64,000 nt of DNA from the NCBI GenBank assembly GCA_949358305.1, contig OX442314.1, positions 10,106,001 through 10,170,000 of the forward strand. Direction: 5' to 3'. Position numbers and translations under genes: made by a program. This document shows positions 55,568-64,000 of this stretch, piece after piece. The notes under the pieces were generated by a model. The model worked only from the letters and a program-made list of their open reading frames with translations, had not been told where the DNA came from and searched no databases. Source of the DNA: Strigamia acuminata (taxonomy: Eukaryota). Position 1 is the first letter of the stretch. Each line of letters starts with the position of its first letter.

Positions 55568-56028
55568 AGGTTAAGTGCACTGAATGTGTTTTATTTTTTT
55601 TCTGATAGAGCCTAATAAAAAAATATTTTTCATGAGAAAAAAAATAAAATTTGGGCCTTTATCACTGTTAAATAACAAAAAACTTGACTTTTTCAATGTG
55701 ATGCATGATAGTTGTTGGCTGGATGACCTACGTCATAAGTTCGGTGGTGGTTGGTGGTGGTGTTGTTGCGCATGGCATCAGATTGCGCATGCGCAGAGGA
55801 CAGTTTTCACTTCCGCAATCAAGGTCAGCCATTATGAATCCAACCTAAACTCAGAACAAGTTCCTGGTCAACTGAACGAGAGAACTGACAACATCATACT
55901 CCCATGATTCTTTGCTTTGTCAACACCGAATATTGCGATTGTTATTAAACAATGATAAAGGCCCAAATTTTATTTTTTCATTAGGCTCTATCAGAAAAAA
56001 AATAAAACCCACTCAGTGCACTTGACCT
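55568..56028. mobile_element. TTAA-type (Kolobok-like) MITE
   Basis: TTAA|AGGTTAAGTGCACTGA...TCAGTGCACTTGACCT|TTAT with long imperfect TIRs (CTGATAGAGCCTAAT, AAATTTGGGCCTTTATCA). Confidence 0.7.
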
Positions 56029-56067
56029 TTATCATTTGAATAAACGCAGAAAATGGATTTTCAGTAA

Positions 56068-56224
56068 TGCTGGTGCGTTTTGCAAAAAGTACATGCACCA
56101 AGTACTTTTTGGTCCGCGATTTTGATCGCAACCAATCAGGTGCGACCCGACGTCATTTTGGATAAACGTCCAAATCGCAAAGCGACGCGATTCGCGCTGC
56201 ATCGCGCTCCGTGTGTCACCAGCA
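56068..56224. mobile_element. PIF/Harbinger-like MITE
   Basis: TAA|TGCTGGTG...CACCAGCA|TAA: 3-bp TAA target duplication and short TIR. Confidence 0.5.
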
Positions 56225-56347
56225 TAATGTTGTATCTGCGTTCTGCAACGTCACCACGCATATGTTCACGTGTTACAAGAAGTATAAATAATACTTTGAA
56301 TGATGACATAGCATACCAAACTAAAAGTACCAACTTGTAACTTCCAA

Positions 56348-57572
56348 ATGGAAACCAGAGTATTCGAAGGACTTTGCAAGAATTTGAAACTGTGGCTGAC
56401 GGCTTGATGCACAGATGCAATGGTAAGTACCTCACTAATTACTACTTGTGGTGCAATGATGAGAGTTGTAGCGGTCACGTTATCTACAACCCTCAGACAA
56501 CGGTGAGCAAAATATCTCAACCACACTGTGTAGAACCTGCGGACGCATCTACCGGTAGCCCGGTTGCAAATAGGCAATTCGCAGCCGCTGTGAAGAGGAA
56601 AGCTGAGACCAAACCATCCGCTGGATTGCAACTGTATCACTTCGGCATATTGACCCCACGATGTCTAAGCATCGTAAAGGCAATTTTCCCCCACTACCGG
56701 CTACAACTGAGCTGCTGGAACAAGTTTTACCAACTTTTGCATATTGCAAAACAATTGACAACAATTTATTTTTCGTATCTGCGCGTCGGACAATGTCGAA
56801 ATTGTCAGCAGAGAACATTCCTGAAGGGCTGGAATGCGTTTGGGATGTATTTGTGGAGGCAAACTTCACAACGGAAACAGACCGTAAGGTGTACTTGTTT
56901 ATTGAGTACATTTGTGACAGATGGATCATATTGGTGGGTGTAGAAAGAATGACCGTGGATGAACAACCAAACAGAGCAAACAACGCAGTAGAATCGTTCC
57001 ACGTAGGTTTGGCGAGGAAGATAAAAATTGGGCATTTCTTGGATTCATGCGTACCGAGATTATGTTCTCTTGCAGCAGGACCAGTTGCTACGACGAGGAG
57101 GGGTACTCACGTGTGCATTACTTGATCAAAAAGTGGCTGATATTGTAGCTCGCTTCAAGGATAACCTCCTATCTATTCCTCAATTACTGGTGCGATTGCT
57201 ACACGCAGCACCCAACTTTGAAAACTTTGCATGTGAAACCGAGTACGAGTTGCTAATCGACAGCAGGTCAGAGAGAGGGTTCGACGCCAAAATTTATTGA
57301 TTCCGAGCGAAGCAGAAGCGGCTGAATTGGTGGAAGTGGGAGTGGAAATGGAAGTTCCGGAAGAAGTTGCACCAGCTGAACAAGATGATTACAAGTGCAT
57401 CATCTGTCTCACAGCACCGAAAACGACAGTTCTTTTGCCGTGCAGACACATCAATTGTTGCACACCTTACTGTGTGTGACTTATGCGTGGCAAAAACCGT
57501 CGTCGTAATGCTGCATTCACTCCGAGATGTCCTGCATGCCGCGGAGTTGTGGAGAGCACTACTATCTACTAA
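56348..57572 (+). pseudogene. Decayed Mutator-like (MULE) transposase: FLYWCH-like N-terminus, partial MULE region, C-terminal C3HC4 RING
   Basis: Frameshifted fragments YYLWCNDESCSG...QPHCVEP, NFPPLPATTE, YICDRWI...RANNAVESFH, then CIICLTAPKTTVLLPCRH...*...RCPACRG; several frameshifts and stops. Confidence 0.72.
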
Positions 57573-57582
57573 TGTGTTCCGG

Positions 57583-57789
57583 TATACTCTGGCCATGTGT
57601 AAGTTTGGCCTAACTCCGGGCCTTTTTTCTGGTGTAGTGATACAAGAAAATAGATCCAAACACCAGAAGCAAGCACTAAACTCTGAACTATTTTCCCTGG
57701 TGGCAGCACAGAGCACAGTATAGAGACTGTGGCACAGAGTGAGTAATGAGGCTCGGAGTTAGGCCAAACTTACACATGGCCAGAGTATA
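57583..57789. mobile_element. Small MITE with ~40-bp TIRs
   Basis: TATACTCTGGCCATGTGTAAGTTTGGCCTAACTCCG and its exact reverse complement ending at 57789. Confidence 0.75.
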
Positions 57790-58007
57790 GAAGGTGTTCA
57801 AAATGTTAGGTTGAATTACAGCAGAATTATTTGTAAATGTTTGGTTGAATTACAGCGAATTTTTTCTGCAGCCAATCACAGCTCATTTGCAGCAAGCTCC
57901 GGATGCAACGTATCCGCAAGTGTGAACCAGGCTTAAATTGGAATACGATCACGTTGGTTTGACGTAAATTGGCAATTTCTATGTGGTCGTATAACACAAC
58001 AACAACT

Positions 58008-58280
58008 CAATTTGCAAATTTCATTCAAAAAATTTGCAAATTTCAATCAAAAATTTGCAAATTTCAATCAAAAATTTGCAAATTTCAATCGAAAATCTTC
58101 ATTTTCATTTATTTGAAAATTCGCAAATTCCATTTGAAAATTTGAAAAATTTCATTTGAAAATTTGCAAATTCCATTTGAAAAATTCTATTTGAAAATTT
58201 GCAAATTCCATTTGAAAAATTCTATTTGAAAATTTGCAAATTCCATTTGAAAAATTCCATTTGAAAATTTGCAAATTTCA
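58008..58280. repeat. 21-bp and 35-bp minisatellites; a further 21-bp array lies at 59100-59260
   Basis: AATTTGCAAATTTCAATCAAA; TTGGTTTTTGAGGCATTTTAG. Confidence 0.9.
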
Positions 58281-61200
58281 TCGGATGACCGCATATTTCA
58301 TCCGTGTGACCGTGATGATACGCATTGGATGCGGTTTACGCGGATCCGCACGGATCCGATCCGAATACAATACACATTAACATTACAAAGCCGGCCTGCC
58401 ATCTGTGGGCGATTGGTTGGACGAAGATTTCGTTTCGCCGCGATCTAAAAAATGATATATTTTCATTTTAAATTCGTATTTTTTGAATTAAAATTGTAGA
58501 TAACTAGTATTAATTTAGGATGCTTACATCTTTGGAATTTTACGAGTCGGATTTGTTACATGGCGCCAACTAGTGGGCATTATTTGAAATGGTTTACAAA
58601 TGGTCGTTTAGGATGCTTGACGAAGATGAGTTTTAAGTTTTAATATTATTAGAATTTATTTAAACGATAAAGATGAAACCATGTTTCGTTTTATTTTTTA
58701 TTTTAAATTTATTACTTTATTACTATTAATCTATTATTCTATTATTTCTGTTTTAATCTGTATTTTCGCGTCTGACTTTAACTTGTCTGGCGCCTGCCGA
58801 GTTAAACTAGAGGACGAACCACTCGGTATGAATTTTTGTCGACATAAGATTTATGTTTATTTGTTTATTTTGTTTATTTTGCTTCATTGACGTTAGAGCT
58901 TGGACGAACACTAGTGTTCGTCCAAGGTTAGAGGTAGTGGGAAAGGATGATTTCGGGATGCAATTTTCTGCCGTACAGAGTCTGAGAGCGCTCAAGGGAA
59001 GCCAACATTCAAGAAAATGTACGATTTATTTTTTGGTTTTTTTTAGTTGATTTTTATCGTTTGATTTTGGTTTTTTGATTGTTTAAATTGGTTTTGAGAC
59101 GTTTTTGTTGGTTATTTTTTATTTTAGTTGGTTTTTGAGGCATTTCATTTGGTTTTTGAGGCATTTTAGTTGGTTGAGAAGTATTTTATTTGTTTTTTGA
59201 GACATTTTAGTTGGTTTTTGAGGCATTTTAGTTGGTTTTTGAGGCATTTTAGTTGGTTTTTGTAAATTTCTAATTCTCTTTTGCCGATTTTTACTGTTTT
59301 CAGTTAATTATAAGCGATTTATATTGATTTTCAGGAGATTTCAGTTGATTTTAAGTGATTTCAATTGATTTTCAAGAGATTTCAGTTGATTTTACGTGAT
59401 TTCTATAAATTTTAATGAGTTTACAGTTCATTTGAACTGATTTCTATGAATTTTATTGAGTTTACAGTTCACTTGAACTGATTTCTGTAGATTTTCATGA
59501 GTACTCTGTTGGTTTTTAGTTGTTTTCAGATAAAATTACACTTACCTCTTGGAGACACATTACCCGTTCTGGGCCCTTTAAATTGACAGGCACTTGGCCA
59601 AAATGCCTGCCCATTGTGAATAAACCGTCTATTCTTTTACCCCGATCCAGATCAGCAATGACAACAACAATCAATTAACCCTAAACACAACCACACCTTT
59701 TTGTAACTTTTGTATTTAAATTGCCCTTAAGTTGCCCTTGGACTTCCAACTTTATTTTCCAAATTATTTACACGATTTTCACTGATTTCTCAAGGTCATC
59801 TTTGCAATAATTTACAAATCCGATCATTTCCTGGAATGTTGGTCCATCCGTGCCAAATCCCTTCATTCCTATCACGGCGATGGCGACAACAATAGAATGA
59901 CGTCATAACAACCGAAAATATTATTTTTCGATTTTAATTTTTATTGACGAAAACAAAATTTAAAAAAAAAATGAAATAAAAAAATAACCATTTCAAATAA
60001 ATCATTAAATAAAAACAATAATAATTAATTATTGTTGATTTAATATTTCAATTTACCGCACCTGGTGTCGCAAACAAAAAGTGGAATAATGGCGGATGAC
60101 GACTCGGTTGAACGACCTTAAAGTCTATTCGACTTCCCACTGCTTGCACGAATCAATCAAACACAAATGCGAAGTTTGAAAGTGAGTAAACCTCGAGCAA
60201 AGTTTGTTGGGAGATGAGGATGAAGTCAAGTATTATTATTATTATTCTTTTATTAGATGAAACTTTTTCTCTCTCGTCAAGTGGCAACTATGGCGCACGT
60301 GTGCACCGCCCTGGACTTGTCGTGTCGATCCGGGTTGCTATGGGAAATTGATTTGCTTGGAAAAGCAACAGTTACACCAACAGGAAAGCAATACGCCATG
60401 AAAACTTGACCGAAATTAGGTGTGATGTTTGAAATGGAGCCGAATTGATCGAATTCAATCCGTTTGAAATTGATTGGAACGATTGATGGCGGTTATAATA
60501 ATGGAGGAAAATGAAAACGAGGTTCTGGTTGATCTAAGGATGAAGGCTGTTTCAATTCTCTACAGATTAGTCAAGTAATGCAATGTTTCTAACGATTTTT
60601 ATTATGATGAATTACATGAATGGTTTTTGGCATTTTTAAAATATTTTTTTGAGGATTATTACCGATTTTGGGCATTTTTTTGGACATTTTTTGACGGTTT
60701 TTCATGTTTTAGTTCACGATTTTAACGGATTTGGTTATTTTCTCGTTTATTTTTAAGTTTTTGCACGTTTTTGATGATTTTAACACTTTTAAATACTATT
60801 TTAGATTATTTATGTGAATTTATTTGAATTTATTTCACTTTTGTGACGGTTTTATACTTTTCTATTTGGCGGCCATCTTGGATGCCATTAGAAGTTGAAA
60901 CCTCACTATTTAAATCGACGATTTTATTAACCAAACCAATTCGAAACGACTTTAATTTTTCAAACTGTAAAACCATAAAAACAATTTCAAAAATTCGTCT
61001 AAAAAACAACCGGAGTCCATTTTGGCATTAAGCCTAAACCGCTGTCTGTAGTTTATAGATGCACGTTTTGCACATTGTCTTTTTTTAGCCGAACAACGAA
61101 CAACCAACCCATTCTGTCATTCTCTTTGCTCGCAGGCTGCACATGAAAGCGAGTTCTCTCAACCGAATGTCAACACACACACCCGTTGCTAGCTCGGCAT

Positions 61201-62148
61201 TAACACCTCCAATCTCTCGCGCCAACGTGCTCCGGTTCGCGCACGAGTCCTCGCCGCCTTCGCTAATGCGCCGCGGCCGTCGCATCGACCCTTTGCCACA
61301 CGTGGTGCGGGTGAGTTTTTGCATCAATTTGCATCTTTTAATTTGTCAGTTTCAAACGAAATGGTAATTCGACCGTCAGGAGTGAAGACCGAAGCGCTTT
61401 CGAATTTATCTCCATCCGCTCGATGCAGAATTGCAAATGGAGCGAGCGTGTGCACGGTCTATTTTTAGATATGGCGCCATCTGATCCGTTTAGCTTGTTT
61501 TCTTTCGTTTTTTGATGTGGAACGATGTCTTTTTGCATTGGGTAGGGGGTGAAACCGATGGTACGAATAATGCAACGGATATTGCAATTTGGTGAAATGC
61601 GCAAGCTCGGAAATCCGCTGTGCCAACCTTGAGGCTTGTTTTACTACAGGTTTTGTTGAAATCTTTTATTTCTTGTTTTAGAAGAAGCTAATATTGCAGG
61701 TTTTAGGAAAACCCAATTTTAAAGCGGGGTTTCCTTAATAAAATAATAATCGCGGAAATAAATGACAAAGTTAAAGTCCGGATATCGTCTACTGAATAAC
61801 CGCGGAATTTAAAAATCGGTTATTGATTAACCGTGAAGTTTTAAATGGAAAAAATTTCAATATTGGGATTTGTTATAAAATAACGGGCAGTGTTGTTCAT
61901 CAAATCGTGAACTAGTTCAAGTTCGTGTTCATCACCATGTGAACTAGTTCACATTCGCGTTCAGTTCACTTTTTTTCAAAGTGAACTAAGTACTAGTTCG
62001 CGAACTTGAACCAATAGTTCAGTTCACTTTTCAAATTTTTTTTTAAAAAATTAAAACGTTTTTTTTTATGTTTTGTGGTATGCAGATGAAAAAAAACAAA
62101 CTTTTTTTTGTAAAGCAGTCGTTTTCATTGCTTTTAATGATGAATACC

Positions 62149-62443
62149 GGTTATAGTCATTTTAGCAACGCTCATTTTAGCGATTTTTACCAAATAAGTC
62201 CCATTTTAGCGAACATGTCATTTTAGCGACACAAAAACCTAGGTTTTAGCGACAAGCCGGTTCAAAAAAGTGGTTTTTATCAAAAAACCAGTAAGGTTAG
62301 GTTCGCGGGGGGTCAAGGGGGGGCGCAGCCCCCCCCTTGTTAGCCCTTCTTAGGAATTAAACCTAGGTTTTTGTGTCGCTAAAATGACATGTTCGCTAAA
62401 ATGGTGTGTCGCTAAAATGAAATCGCTAAAATGATGTACATCC
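62149..62443. mobile_element. MULE-type non-autonomous element nested in older repeats
   Basis: GG...CC ends, TIRs built from CATTTTAGCGA subrepeats, flanking duplication ATGAATAC(C/G), central AGGTTAGG and a GC hairpin. Confidence 0.7.
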
Positions 62444-63704
62444 ATGAATACGGCTGATTTTGCTGTTTCAGTTGTAAAAAGTGATCAAATTGAATGTTTT
62501 GATGATGAAAACGTCATCAAAATGTCTAAAACCAATGCAAAAAGTTACGTTTTTGCAACGTTTTCATCATCAAACATGGTGAACGCGAACTTCGTGAGAT
62601 TTGATCAAGGGGTACGACATTTAACCGAATCTCTGACAAGGACTTCCGAATCCCGTTCTGGATCCCCGAAACTCCGAATCCCGAATCTTTACATTTTATA
62701 AAGATTTTGAATTTTTTGTCGAAAATTGGACAAAAGCTAAAATAGTTTGGATTTTTTTATTAAAATAATCATCTAAATCTTTCCGAATCCCAACGGAATC
62801 CCATCCCTCGTAGTTTAGGTTGCAGCAGAGTAACTGCTAGGCCCCTTTGAATTTTTTTTAGGTTTTAACAACGCCACTTGGTTTCATCCGTAGGGTTTTG
62901 AATCTCTGCACGTCTCGGATTGAGTTCAAGGTTAAGATTGATTGTGGGGAAAATGGAAATGGAGTTTTATTTATGGTGTTGGGATGGATCGATATTTTCA
63001 ATGGGGTATGATGCGCGCTGCAATTCGAATGGAAACTTATTTTTGATTTGGCTATAAATCGTTGCTGTTATTTATAAGTTGTTCGCTGTGACTGAATAAA
63101 ATGCTGAAATTAGTGAGTAGAGTTGCAGTTGGGTGTGGGGGAGGATCCAGAAAGCGTACAAGGGGGTGGCCATTTTGGTTCAATTTATTCACACACAAAA
63201 ATTGGACGTTTTGGACCAAAAAATGAATTGCTAGTTGTGATGTAATAACTTGATAACAATTGGAGCTTTCCTCGTATTGTAGTGACATCTATGAATCATA
63301 TGTATTATTGTACAAAAGAATAAATTCTCAGTTATAACTCAATTCTTGCATCAAACACGTCAGTCATCATCAACAATGTGAGAACAATACAGTGATCTGC
63401 CGCTGGTTGGATGCCATTTTGTACGTTGTACTTCCAGAGGTGTTTTTATTTATTTTTTGTTTAAAAGTAACAGGATTTTCTTTTTGAAATTTCATGTATT
63501 TTCATTAAACATCGTAACAAACGATTAAAAAAGAAAATGGATTCGGCGATCTAACTTGTGTAGCGGAATGCAGTGTTTGAATTAACAAGTATATCTATGC
63601 AGTTTGACCAATTACAGAATTGAATTTAATTAGATTTTAGGTTTATTATTTTCCATTTTTTTAAAACTAATTTTAAATCAAATTATTTAGAAATTTGATA
63701 GATT

Positions 63705-63952
63705 TTAAACATTGACAATGGAGCCTGGTTGGCTGTCTCTACTCAACAAATTGAGGTTTATTAACGGTTGGCGGTAATAAGAAGGGTAATATTGTCGGGA
63801 ATAAGAAGGGTAATATTGTCGGGAATAAGAAGGGTAATATTGTCGGGAATAATATGGGTTAGATTGTCGGGAATAATAAGGGTTATAATTATAGGCGTTA
63901 TAGGCGTAACTTGGATATCCACCTCCATGGGATCTGTAATAGTCATTGTAAT
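63705..63952 (-). CDS. Last exon of a Tyr-rich repetitive, probably secreted protein (5' part at or beyond window end)
   Basis: Acceptor TTTTCAG ending at 63953; phase-1 frame YNDYYRSHGGGYPSYAYNAYNYNPYYSRQSNPYYSRQ(YYPSYSRQ)2YYPSYYRQPLINLNLLSRDSQPGSIVNV*. This frame is missing from the ORF track because it has no ATG. Confidence 0.72.
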
Positions 63953-64000
63953 CTGAAAAAGAAAACCATATGAAAAATGTGTGACCATACTTCTGCTGGT

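Noticed and set aside
59545..59685. Possible minus-strand exon (ATG GGC AGG...CCA AGA G|gtaagt)
   Set aside because: Good donor site, but no signal peptide, recognisable homology or convincing downstream exon; could be non-coding.
63761..63988. ORF-track peptides with IPDNITLL or ILSGIRRV repeats
   Set aside because: Wrong frames; the phase-1 Tyr-rich frame gives a coherent protein with a family-like C-terminus.

Overview
AT-rich, intron-dense eukaryotic DNA, most likely from an arthropod (DM4/DM12-like secreted proteins, TATA plus TCAKTY Inr promoters, insect-type tRNAs); the species cannot be identified from the sequence. All spliced models were built by hand from GT-AG boundaries and frame continuity. 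In order: (1) about 21 kb of gene-poor sequence around an H2.0/HLX homeobox gene (minus strand, 4 exons); (2) five co-oriented secreted 4-Cys DM4/DM12-like genes (22.4-32.6 kb) carrying ecdysone-cascade-type motifs; (3) tRNA-Met (intronic), tRNA-Leu and tRNA-Asn; (4) divergent UBR7/SEL1L; (5) a nested MITE island followed by two single-coding-exon orphan ORFs that may share a transcript; (6) divergent DDRGK1/SPATA7; (7) two apparently related small secreted low-complexity genes, a decayed FLYWCH-MULE-RING transposase and further MITEs. Most long introns and spacers are filled with unrelated minisatellites whose units cluster at multiples of about 10-10.5 bp with phased A/T tracts (PATC-like). 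Most entries in the supplied ORF track are translations of repeats or antisense shadows.
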